Shown here: piece after piece, positions 27,574 to 63,566 of the stretch | Position numbering within the stretch: the first letter of the stretch is position 1 | Layout of the letters: each line of letters starts with the position of its first letter | Origin: Amoebidium appalachense | Lineage: Eukaryota; Protista; Ichthyosporea | Direction: 5' to 3' | Assembly: GCA_963693365.1 (NCBI GenBank) | Contig: CAVNZM010000001.1 | Coordinates: 3,178,907-3,242,906, forward strand | DNA: 64,000 nucleotides | Made by a program: the position numbers and the translations under genes | The notes under the pieces: model-generated | Seen by the model: the letters and a program-made list of their open reading frames with translations, nothing else | What the model was told of the DNA's origin: nothing | The model's database searches: none

Positions 27574-28516
27574 ATGGCTAAAAGTGAGTACTTCGAGCTT
27601 CCAGCCAGCCAGGTAGTTGGAAGCCCATGCTTGCCAGCAGCCCGAGGCGCCGTTGCGCGTTTGTGTGCGGTCATGCCCTGGGAGAAGCTAGGCCAGCTGC
27701 TTCGGGACAACAGAACAGCCCCAGACAGGGAGCATGCACGTGCACTTATGCGCGAGCTTGTTCATTTCCTCTTTTTGAAGGCACACACGGGGGACTTGGA
27801 CGCAACGTGCCTGTCGCCGTCTTACCCTGTGGACCAGGCGTGGCACGCACTTCTCCTTTTCCCCGTCGCCTACGCCTCGTTTTTGCACTGTTGCTACGGG
27901 TGAACCTGGCACACTCATAGACCACAATCCTTTGGGGGCGAGAGATAAGAGCAGGGCAGAGCGGTATGAACGCACACTCAAAGTGTACAAGAAGGTATTT
28001 GGGGCTGAGCCAGATGTGATGTTGTGGCCCCCAAACGAGGTGGCGCCCAGGAAGGAGTCAAACATGAGCCCAAGGAAGAGACCTAGGGACAGAGAAGTTT
28101 TGGGGAAAGCTGTGAAAAGGGCAAGAGTGGAAACTGGCGCTGCTGACAAGTCAAACGAGCAGGTTTGCGGGAGAAGAGTATTACGTTCGTCAAAGAAAGC
28201 GCTTTCTGAAGAAAACGAAAGCGGCTTTGTGTCGATGTCAATTGATACCACACAGAGCAAGGTTGCTCCACACGACCAACAGATAACCTTTGGTCTAAAC
28301 TACGATGGCTATTGTCTGAAGTTTCGGACCAATTTTGAAAAGCCCTTCTCAAAGATGGTCGATTTCTATTCAGAGAGAATGGGCCACGGTTTCGCACACA
28401 CCGTCCGATTCATCAACAGTAGAACTGGGCAGAGGTTATTTGGAGTCGTAAAAGTTGGAGAAGTAATTGAAGATGGCGATGAGATTACGGTTATGGATGT
28501 ACAAACGGGATGCTAA
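27574..28516 (+). CDS. Intronless GRDP/DUF1399-like domain plus C-terminal SUMO-like (Rad60-SLD type) domain; one +1 frameshift at T5 27880-27884 (assembly error or pseudogene)
   Basis: The first frame gives ELVHFLFLKA..LSPSYPVDQAWHALLLFPVAYASF. The +1 frame continues FCTVATGEPGTLIDHNP..RYERTLKVYKKVFGAEPDVMLWP, completing the GRDP-type motif. It ends ITFGLNYDGYCLKFRTNFEKPFSKMVDFYSERMG..IEDGDEITVMDVQTGC, which follows the SUMO pattern (..QTGG). Removing one T gives 313 aa. Confidence 0.72.
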
Positions 28517-28808
28517 GAGAGACACGCGCTATGTCTAAATAGGTAGTTGGTATGCCTTTCTAAAACTTGGCATATTTCTGTAGTCCCGTGCTGGCTGGCC
28601 CACGGGGTGCATCCTGCAGCTCACATCTGACAGGTTGGCTTATGTGTGTGCTCCTTACTGGGCTATATGTACATGGTGAACAAATGCATGAAAGTTACAG
28701 ACGCTGTTCCCTTGGTCTCTCTAGAGCTGTGGCGCAGCTCAGCAGCTATCCACACATTCAACATCCTGAACTCCAGACACGAAGGCTTTTGAAGTTTTTT
28801 TTTTTTTT

Positions 28809-28818
<10 letters not shown>

Positions 28819-28839
<21 letters not shown>

Positions 28840-29158
28840 GGGGTATAATAGTCCCCGGTGGTGCAACACGCGGGAAGAAGCATCTAGATTCAAAAAGCCC
28901 TCACTGATGACTAGATCATTGGGTTTCATCTGAAGAATGAAAGAAGGGAGCAAACTCTATGGTGATAATAGGAACAGCAGTGTCTGTGCATGCACGGTGT
29001 TTCTCCCTTTTTCAGAAGAAGAAGCCGGCCAACCATCTAGTCATCAGTAAGGGCTTTCTAGATCCTTTTTCAAACGTGTTGCACCAGGGGGATTATTACC
29101 CCCCCCCCCCCCCCCCCCTCCCCTCCCCCCCCCCCCCCCCCCCTCTCCCTCCCCCCCC
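28819..29158. mobile_element. MITE-like inverted-repeat element with ~75-nt arms and poly-G/poly-C outer ends
   Basis: 28844-28922 (ATAGTCCCCGGTGGTGCAACACG...AAAGCCCTCACTGATGACTAGAT) is the imperfect reverse complement of 29029-29098. Confidence 0.65.
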
Positions 29159-29869
29159 ACACACACACACGAAAACAAAAAAAAAATGAAAATAAAAAAT
29201 AAAAAGAAACAAGTACACTCACCCAAAAAAGGTACACACTCAGTAAAACAGGTGTCTAAGTTAACAAGGTACTAGTGCAGGTACAAATGGTGGTAAGCAA
29301 AAATCCTCCCCCCCCCCCCCCACACACACACACCCACACACCCACTCACCCACCCCCTCCTTCGAATTGCCCTCTGATGAGCCCAAGTTAGCCCGGCAGA
29401 TTTTGGCTGTGGAGAGGCTCTTGAGATCTGCCATGGCAACTGGGTTTCTAGTTCAAACTAGCCTCGTTTCATGTTCAACTGTTTATACCGACGTAGGAAT
29501 ATGCCATTAGTGGGCAGGGAAAGTACATAGTATAAGTGAACGCTGCCTTATAATAGGGGTGTGTGTGTGCGTGCCACGGTGGGCGGAGGGGGGGAGTGGG
29601 GGAGGGGTGGGGGGGGAGCCCCCCGCTCGACATGGAACAACGTCAACAAGAGCTTCAAAGACTAGACTCCTTGCTAGACGACTTTTGGCAGCTGCACATG
29701 AGCTCTGCGGATGTGGTGCTAAGAAAAACTGATAGATAGAAAGGTTGTAGGCAGGCGGGAGCACATAGAGTCTCTGTATAACTGGGAAGTTCAAAAAGTG
29801 CAACGAACTGATAGAGTACCTGAGCGAAATTCATTTGATGGCAATGCTGGCTTTTCCCTGGTCTCTCGC

Positions 29870-30020
29870 ACACTTTGGCGGCAACTCAAAAGCCCGCCAA
29901 AATCCGCCAATCTTTTTCAAAGAACATTCTGCTTTATGATTGGCTTAAATGCGCGGCAGCGTGCCCAATGAGTGGGGCAGCAAAAAGCGACCAAAATTAG
30001 GATTTGGACTCCATTTAAAT
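29870..30020. promoter_or_regulatory. Cluster of E2F-like, CCAAT and CHR-like sites ~0.7 kb upstream of beta-tubulin
   Basis: TTTGGCGG, GCCCGCCAAA, CCGCCAAT, GATTGG, CCAATG and TTTCAAA within about 100 nt. Confidence 0.4.
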
Positions 30021-30710
30021 TCAGCAAGCTTTTGTAGAAATTTCTAAAAATCATTTCAATGATACAAAAAGACTAGCTATAAAGCTTTTCTGGTTTTTGA
30101 AAGTAGAAAATGAATAAAAGCAATCTTTTGTATACGGCCATTTCGGATTTTGCGGCTTCTTGTTTTACCCCGCTCAAAACACAAATCGTCAGACAAGCGG
30201 ATTGAAAAAAAGCAATGCTATTGGCCAAGTCACATGGAAACCGCCGGGAATAAATTCCAAACTAAGGTTGAAGGTTTGTGGTTTTATGCGACCTCACAAT
30301 TGGTGTGGGGATTGTCCCCCATCTATATTGAAACCCAAGAATAAAGTTTGCACCTTCACTACAGACAGTATGAGTAAAATAATTTAAGATTTTATATATA
30401 TTGTGAATAGAATTTTATCTTCTCAATACGCCGTTTAGTTGTGTATTGACAACGTTCATATCCGCTTTTCCCAACGGATTTATCCTGATAATCACGTTTA
30501 GTATTCCATTGGTTAACTATCACAGCTTGCTGTCACCGGCGACCCGCATGCAGGCTCAAACCGTTCCCCCGTGTCCGATCAACCTTTTTTCCAGGAATTG
30601 GCACATTCTTCAAACCGTCAGTCAGTCGTCACACAGCCACCCAGCAAGTGAACTGGGTTAGTTTTTCTTTGTAAGGTTTCTTAGGTAGACTTAGGTCAAA
30701 AGCAAGCAAC

Positions 30711-35387
<4,677 letters not shown>

Positions 35388-36018
35388 ATTTAGCCTGCCT
35401 GCTGGGCCTTTGAATGGTCTAAACGTCCCCTTCGGCTATCTGCTGTACATAGTGGTATTCTAACCCGCCCCTGCTAGCATGTCCTGCTATCGTAACGAAC
35501 GGTGGAGAATGTGGTCGGCTTAGCTTATGTCCCAAGATCGGGCGCCTGTTTACAGCACGGGCACCGATTTCGATTAAGATTGTAACTTTCTGGAATGGAT
35601 ATGTATGAGAATGACGTGTTGTTGACTCCAGTAGACCGGGTTGTCTGCAGGGTAAAAATGGAACAGCGGGCGCCATTTTGTGGTTGCGGTTGGTTCCGTG
35701 ATCTCCCAATTAAATGATGAAAATTTTCGCGAGTGTGCGCAACCCCGAGGTCTGCCTTCCACCCATTCCACGTACCATTGACCCAATGGCATGCACGTGC
35801 ACACAGCATAAACACGAATGCCCATGACACAAGGCGTAGAGCACAAAACGTGCTCATTCTCTATGAATGCCCACCTGTGATGTGTTCACATGATGTTGAT
35901 AACAATTATTGAGTCTAGCGCTCTAGTGCAGACACATTGCACACGTCACGTAGCACGAAACTTCCTTCCCCTCTTCCATTAGGTAGGACTGTGTTTGCGA
36001 GAACGTGTGCTTGGGTGC

Positions 36019-36061
<43 letters not shown>

Positions 36062-36727
36062 CCGCCGCCGCGGTCCTTGCTTTCTTGCTGTTGACCCACC
36101 TATTGCTCAAGTGATGGAGTATGATGAATGGGTCGGTCGAGACTTGGGTACTGTGGATGACTTATTCCCCTCTGGCGCGGAGTCTCTGCACTGCAGCAGC
36201 AAAGCCTGTTGGTTCGCCATTCGTAAGTGTGCACTTCATACTCGTCCCCCGCATGGAGGGAGGGGGCCGAATTCGAAGGAGCCCGACCGGGCCCTTCCCC
36301 CTCCGGCCGTCGGAATACATAAAGTGCCCGAGACAGGACCGGATCAGATATATATGGGTTTCCCGGCCGTAGCTAGTAGGTATGCATGCCACCATTCAGC
36401 CCTCTACTACATGCCCTGTAGGCCAGTAAAGCAACAGGAGAGCATACTGCAGATTATTTATAAAAGACCCACCCAGTCGTTGTTGGCCGGTTGTGCAGCT
36501 CGGTGTTAAAGCTATCAATTTGTGTTGACCTTCATGTTCTGCATCCATGGAAACTTTTAGATTACATAGCAGAAATGTAAGTACTCCGGAAAGACCGACC
36601 ACTCGTGACAATATGTCAAGCACTCCTCCCCCGAGTACCCCTCCCCGCTCTCCCCCCCCGCCGCCTTTTACACCCACCTACATGTACATGTGCTGACGGT
36701 GTTGTGTGTCAATTCCGTTTTTTCCGT

Positions 36728-36766
<39 letters not shown>

Positions 36767-36841
36767 TGGTGTGGTTACACCCGCCAGGTCCTACGGATTA
36801 CTAGCACCTACGGCTGCTGTGGGTGTCGTTCCCTTTTTTCC

Positions 36842-36875
<34 letters not shown>

Positions 36876-37008
36876 CTACCACCCACCTACATGTACATAT
36901 GCGGCTGTGTGTGTGTCCTTCCTTTTTTTCCGTTTTTGTGTTTTATTTTTTGTTTTTTATTTTTTTCTTTTTGTCGTGGCGGTGGTGGTGGTGTTGGTGG
37001 GGATGGTG

Positions 37009-37082
<74 letters not shown>

Positions 37083-37301
37083 TGGGGGCCCGGGGATCCG
37101 GAGGGGGGGGGGAAGAAGGGGGTGAGGGTGACGCGGCTGGAATGGGCCCGATCAAAGTGGCGGTATGGCATGACACTTAAGCTGTGCTCTCTCTCTGTCT
37201 CTCTCTCTCTCTTCTTTCTCTCTCCTCTCTCTCTCTCTCGCTCTCTATCCCTCTCTCTCTCTCGGATTCTCTCGCTCTCTCTCTCTAGCTCTCTCTCTCT
37301 C

Positions 37302-37402
<101 letters not shown>

Positions 37403-38098
37403 AGAGCTCTCACGGCCCCGCCCCCTCCCTTCCCCCCCCCCCCCCCTCTCTCTCTCTCTCTCACAGCTCGCTCTCTCTCTTTCTCTCTTTCTCTCTCTCT
37501 CTCTCTCTTCCTTGTCCCCTCCCGGCCCCCCTAGCTCCCCACCTCCCCTCCCTCCCCCTCTGAGACTCCCCCTGATGATCAAACCCCCCGTCGATCTCCA
37601 TTACTAATGAAATGTTCGGCAATCCAAGTGTAAATCCAAGATCTAGAAATACATGTACAGCTGCCTCAAAAAATAGCTACTGTTTGCAACAGTAGCAAGG
37701 GAAACTTTCACTCGGCCAGTCTTAGAGTCGATTGCATCATCAAGCTAATTGACGGGACGCACGGTCAGACTTTGCAAGAAAAAGTTTCAATTTGCTGAGC
37801 TTGGAGGGGGGAGGGGGGGGGGGGAGGGGGGGGGGGGGAGGGGGGGCCTACCCCTTCAGTCAACTTGTAACCTTGGGAAGTTCAGAGAAGCATGGAGGGC
37901 CCGTGGCAGAGCGACCTCGGCCATGGCCACATGTGTGTTCGTGTGTGTGTGTGTGCGTGCGTGCGTGTGCATGTGTGTGAGAGTAAGTGAGTGTGCCTGT
38001 GTGCCTGTGTGTGTGTGGATGTGTGTTTCCGAATGTTTTTTGGGGGGGATGAAACTGTGTGTGTGTGTGTGTGTGTCCATGTGTATGTGTGTGTGTGT

Positions 38099-38144
<46 letters not shown>

Positions 38145-38412
38145 GTGTTCAGTCGGGGGGACCTAGGGGGCGAGTGGGAGGGGAGTGGGGAGGGCAGGGC
38201 CCGGGACCAGGTGAAGTGAGAGACGGAACACCTTCCATGCTGCCCATAATCCAATTAGCCGCAGAGAAAAGTGAATCATAGGACCCAACCACGTCGGCTG
38301 GGCCCTATACATATCTTCATCCCCTCCCGGACCCCCCCCCCTCCCCCCCCCCCCCCCCCCCCTCCCCCCCCCTCTCCCCCCAAAGAAATCCCTCATTTTC
38401 TGGCTACCGGGC

Positions 38413-38414
<2 letters not shown>

Positions 38415-38477
<63 letters not shown>

Positions 38478-38540
38478 ACATAGCTGAGTTATCGCCTCCG
38501 ATTCAGACACAACACAATGCCGTGCACATATTTTCAATCA

Positions 38541-38606
<66 letters not shown>

Positions 38607-38672
38607 CATAGCTGAGTTATCGCCTCCGATTCAGACACAACACAATGCCGTGCACATATTTTCAATCACTGA
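38415..38672. repeat. (AT)n-flanked exact tandem duplication of a ~70-nt unit
   Basis: TTTACATAGCTGAGTTATCGCCTCCGATTCAGACACAACACAATGCCGTGCACATATTTTCAATCACTGA occurs twice, each time after (AT)n. Confidence 0.9.
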
Positions 38673-38886
38673 AATCCCCTGGCACGCCTAAAACTGTACG
38701 AATAATTATAATACTAATGAGAATTCATCAGGTTGGTGGATTTATGAGATAGGGCTTCCAAACCCTACGCACAATGCCTTGAAAAATTTTGGACACTGAC
38801 AAGATGATATTGCCCCGAACACAAGGGGTTCACTACAGGTGAACCATGTGCACATACGATTTGTCACGGTACTGTGTCTGTCCGTG

Positions 38887-38924
<38 letters not shown>

Positions 38925-39002
38925 TGTGTGTTGTGTGTGTGTGTGTGTGCGTGCGTGTGCGTGAGAGAGAGAGAGAGAGATTCTGTGTGTGTGTGTGTGT
39001 GT

Positions 39003-39051
<49 letters not shown>

Positions 39052-39054
39052 TTA

Positions 39055-39128
<74 letters not shown>

Positions 39129-39196
39129 CAGACAGAAGGAGAAAGGGGGGGGGGAAGAGGGAGGGAGGGAGGGAGAGAGCGGGGGGGGGGGGGGGT

Positions 39197-39232
<36 letters not shown>

Positions 39233-40362
39233 GCGGAAGGGAGAAGAGAGGGAGGGAGGGAGCGTTTAGAGAGGGAGCACCGTGTATTGAATAGATAATG
39301 GAGGGGGCGAAGGAGGGAGGGAGGAGGAGAACCTCAGAGAGACCGTCTGAGGGAAGGAGGGAGGGAGGGGAGGGCGGGAGGGAGGGAGGGAGGGAGGGAG
39401 GGAGGGATGGATGGATGGAGGGATCGGAAGGAGGGAGGGAGGGAGGGAGGGAGAGAGGGAAGGAGGGAGGGAAGAAGGGGATAAGGAGGGAGGGAGACTA
39501 TCCGGAGGGAAGGAAGGAGGGAGGGAGGGAGGCGGGAGGGAAGGCAACTTTTACGGACGCTGAGTCGCTGACTTGTGTTTCAGGGTTGGAAAGGCTTTGT
39601 AGTTGTCTCACACCCCGTCCATCGGTCCCCACGGACCATTTTTATCGCGAATTCGAAATTCCCAGGCAACACTGGTTACATGTCCAGTAATCAGCGCGCG
39701 CGTGCTTGCCCATATTCATTTATTCACGTTGGAGGATTGACAGCAGGCCTAATAAAATCATCAGAGGAAGCTGGAGGAAACAAACCCACACCAGATTTAT
39801 CTTTCAGTGGTTACTGTAACATCTTTCTTTTGTTTTTGTATACTTCAGCGACTGTTCTAAAAATATCAAAAAAGCCCCGCCCATCTGTTTTGAAAGCCAA
39901 TCGCTGGTTGGGTGAATCGTCATTCGGTATGTAAACAAGTAGAGGGAAAGGATTCTAATTGGATAAGTGGATAGGAGTCCATTCCACTGATAAGTTAGTC
40001 CAACCATTGCACACTTCGGGGCATGCACCCACATTCCAAAACTTTTGCGGCTGTCATATAAAGCCAGTAAGCCTCTTCTCGCTGGGGCTAGGCACACAGG
40101 CAGGTGTGTGTGTCCTTCCACCACCTGTATATAAGGTTTTTGTTAGCCAAACAGTGAAATATACAAACTTAGCAACTGCTTCATGTTTGCATTGTCCATC
40201 ACACACCTACACACATGCATTTTAAGTAGATCTCGTTTCACCCGTGCTCGTGTCAAATATATATCCGTTTTCCTGTTTCCAGGTGTGCGTTGTGTAACTT
40301 ACTTTGGCACAACTCACACCCGTATACCGCAACCATTTTAACGGGAATATATATTTTGAAAC

Positions 40363-50385
<10,023 letters not shown>

Positions 50386-50746
50386 AACGATTTATTTGCT
50401 CCATGTCGGTAACATGGCTAATTAGCCTCCAGCCAGCTATAGGAGTGTCCAGGCTGGCTCATACATACATTACACTGTGCTGCTCATTTACACTGTCGCA
50501 CGCAACCATAAAGACAAACAAAATAAATTTATAGGTGAAACACTGTGATTAACCTACATACGTCAGTGTAAGGCTGCCCTATTGCAATATCGAGGCGCTG
50601 CCTAGCAATATCGAGTTGGGCAAGGATATAGTAATCGGACAGAGATGTGGGTTTCCTATTATGGAAAGGAATGCTACTCGCTAGCGGCCCCAAAAGCTAT
50701 GTACAGCACTGTGGTGTCAAGTAGCTCAGCGGAAGTCTCTGGCCAG

Positions 50747-51174
50747 GTGAATGCAAAAAAAGGCAAAGAGGGTCAAGCCAGGCATCACCTGCCTCGACAC
50801 GTCCCCGTTTTCGAAAGGGGGGAATACAGGCATCACAGTCACGGTCTCGGACCCTCCTGGGTGAATGCAAAAAAAGGCAAACAACATTCAAGGGGAAGAA
50901 GGTCAAGACAGGCATCACCTGCTCCGACACGTCCCCATTTTCGAGAAGGGGCAAAGACAGGCATCACCTGTCTCGTTCCCTCCCCTCACAGCTCAAGACA
51001 CAGGCATCACCTGCCTCGAGCCTCCATCAGATCAATACAGGCATCACCTGCCTCGAGCCTCCATCAGATCAATACAGGCATCACCTGCCTCGATCGGCGG
51101 GAGTCACAAGACAAACATCATCTGCCTCGATCCGATTGCCGCGGGAGTCACAAGACAGACATCATCTGCCTCGA
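50747..51174. repeat. Array of nine ~19-nt palindromic repeats (CAGGCATCACCTGCCTCGA) with variable spacers
   Basis: Repeats start at about 50779, 50827, 50909, 50958, 51001, 51038, 51075, 51112 and 51156. AGGCA/TGCCT are reverse complements flanking TCACC. Confidence 0.85.
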
Positions 51175-51179
51175 CACCC

Positions 51180-51183
51180 TTTT

Positions 51184-51216
<33 letters not shown>

Positions 51217-51328
51217 CCTATCTTGGGCGTGGTCCTCGAGAATTTTCAGAGGGCCGTGTCTTAGGGCTCGAACCCAATACCTCCTGCGTCAGAGGCGAAG
51301 AGCATACCCGCTAGGCCACAGCGGTTCC
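51180..51328 (-). mobile_element. tRNA-derived SINE-like element (or tRNA pseudogene) with poly(A) tail
   Basis: Minus strand shows A box TGGCCTAGCGG, an anticodon-arm remnant TTCGCCT-CTG-ACGC and T arm TTGGG-TTCGAGC-CCTAA (B box). The acceptor stem is broken. A ~35-nt body is followed by a ~33-nt A-rich tail (T-run 51180-51213 on +). Confidence 0.7.
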
Positions 51329-52033
51329 TCAAATATAATAGTTGCGCGTTCGAAATAAAATTTTCGACTCAGTTCCACTCTCAAAACGAGTCTGACTTTG
51401 GGAACCTGTTCTTGGACTAAGCCTTCAGATCTTCCGGCGCCAGTAGGCAGCTCAGTACGACTGGAGCAAAAAATGATAACGGGCCATGAGTAGATAGCGA
51501 GAGATGGTGCCAAGATTATTAGGTATGCATTTTTCCCCTGGCTATGTTTGAGAAAACCCGTTCAGCTCACAACCCTGTTCATAAACTCCATCTCTTTTCG
51601 CTTGCCACCTGTGAGCCTGTGCTTTGCGATTGGGGTCGGGCACGCCAAGTGACGCCAACACACAGACAAACCTGTGCACGCATACCTGAGCATATACGTG
51701 AGCACCCATCCTAGCGGAGTCCTACCCCCGACTACTGGCTTCCTCCCCTTCCCCCCCTTTTCAACACTTAGCGCATCGACCACACACACTGGTCGAGGAT
51801 TAGGAGGTCTGCCTTTTGGCCATTTAGACTGGCCTATTGTCTTATAGCTTGTGTGCTGTTTATTCAGTACAAAGTCAGACATCTGGATCATTAATATTCC
51901 CTCCCTCCCTCCCTCCCTCCCCCCCCCCCCCCCCACCCACCCTTTCGCCCCCTGCCCAACAACACACACACCCACAACAGTGAGTCACCGGGCCGGGGTG
52001 TTACACACTACACACACACACACACTCACACGT

Positions 52034-52101
<68 letters not shown>

Positions 52102-52219
52102 ATGATGCCTCTCCTTATCATGCATCCACATACTCTTTCGTGTGTTAACGTTCGTTGCATGAATTTTGACTTGTAATCGGGCCCCGTGGATTAATGTATT
52201 CCTTAGAAACCGTACTACA

Positions 52220-52267
<48 letters not shown>

Positions 52268-52358
52268 ACTCACACCCACACCCACACCATGCACACGCGC
52301 GCATGCGCCACTCTTTGACAAGACGACGTGTGTGTGTGTGTGTGTACACATGTGTGTG

Positions 52359-52411
<53 letters not shown>

Positions 52412-52646
52412 ATGTGAAAGTTTCTTCCCAGCTTTCCTTGTTTGGTTTGGGATAGTGTTCTGCTGTAGTACAGCAAAGGCTGGGTGCACACACAATCGCA
52501 ACAATCACATCTTATAAGGGCGTGTTTGGCAACCAAAAATAATCGTATTTGTATCATTTTGCAAAAAGACGAAAAAAATCGTGTCCATAAAAATATTATG
52601 TGGCATGCGTATTTGGGGGTAATGATACCATTATGCCGTTGAGGCT

Positions 52647-52682
<36 letters not shown>

Positions 52683-52830
52683 GGGGGAAGAAGTAGAAGT
52701 CCATGTAGGTAAGTGTCATTGTCCTGCCAACGAACTATTCGCATCTGCGATCGATCATATGACCCGCCGCTGGGTCTTGCCTTGACTTATATTTATAATA
52801 ATTGTTTGCTGGGCTTGATAATGATGACTT

Positions 52831-53060
52831 GACTTGACTTTGAAGTCGCGACTTGAAGGAGTGCTATTTTTAGTAACGATTGGCCACGGGCGGGCATTAG
52901 TATTCCGTCCCCCCCTTCCCACCCACACCAGTTTATGCTTCCCCGCCCCAAGCCCCACTCCCCCATCAAGTCTCTCAGTTATGTCTGGCCTCAGGACGTC
53001 GATTTGTTTTGATGGAAGGCAGGTGATTGGTGACTTCAAGTCGCTACCTGAAGTCAAGTC
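52831..53060. mobile_element. Small inverted-repeat (MITE-like) element upstream of DUS1L
   Basis: Left GACTTGACTTTGAAGTCGCGACTTGAAG; right reverse complement GACTTGACTTCAGGTAGCGACTTGAAG. Confidence 0.55.
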
Positions 53061-53748
53061 GCCACACCTTCAGGGAGGTGGGCTGTGATTGGCCCGATAC
53101 GCACCCTCCGGTTGGATTGGATGATGACGCAAACCTGTCCCGGTCATGCACGTGCACATGCACAGCAGATTGCACTCATGTTCGTGCCTTATGTGTGTGT
53201 GTGTGTGTAGCATACATACATACAAGTCCTGTAAAGATAGTGCATACCTATATTACTACTGTACCAACTCCATCTGTGAGTGAGCTATATATCAAAGCAC
53301 CACTCTCTGTCTTGATAGATGGACATCAACTGATCAATTTCATACCCACGTCTTTGCGGAAAGCTTACCCACTGTATAAACGCCGGAGCCGTTCCCTGCT
53401 TGGCTAGGAGGTGAAGTTCTTGCCCACGTTATACTATATACCTTTGAAACAACCAGAAAAGTTGTTTTCAATTGCTATACCTTTCTTGCAAGACAGGTAG
53501 AAATAGTGCTAAAGCCTATCACTCAGCCAACCTACACGTCGGTATAAAGCCGTGTGTGCGTGTGTTCTTGGTTTTTCAGATCATAGTGGCTGGCACACTG
53601 ACCAGACCTTGCTCTTTTTCACGTTAGTTGTTTTACACGTTCTCTGTTATAGCATCAGGCCTACATTCGAATTTCTTTACATCATCTCATCAACCTGGCG
53701 AAAATCCTGCACCTAGCTAGCTCTGCTTTGCAGATTGCTACCAGAAGA

Positions 53749-63566
<9,818 letters not shown>

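Noticed and set aside
27901-27903. TGA as selenocysteine or read-through
   Set aside because: The domain motif continues in the +1 frame from the upstream T-run, not in frame past the TGA.
29374-29470. Hammerhead ribozyme (CTGATGA followed by a stem)
   Set aside because: No GAAA after the stem, and no stem III or NUH site.
35937-36509. 190-aa intergenic ORF with GC-rich hairpins at about 36255-36370
   Set aside because: No recognisable motif or splice structure, and the hairpins are explained by local G/C richness.
50779-51174. True CRISPR array
   Set aside because: Eukaryotic context, repeats only about 19 nt, spacers duplicated and irregular, no cas genes. Kept only as a CRISPR-like repeat finding.
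51251-51328. Functional tRNA-Gln(CTG)
   Set aside because: Acceptor and anticodon stems do not pair properly, and it is followed by a body and poly(A) rather than a T-terminator.
50645-51358. 237-aa ORF
   Set aside because: It runs through the repeat array, the T-run and the antisense SINE, with no protein-like features.
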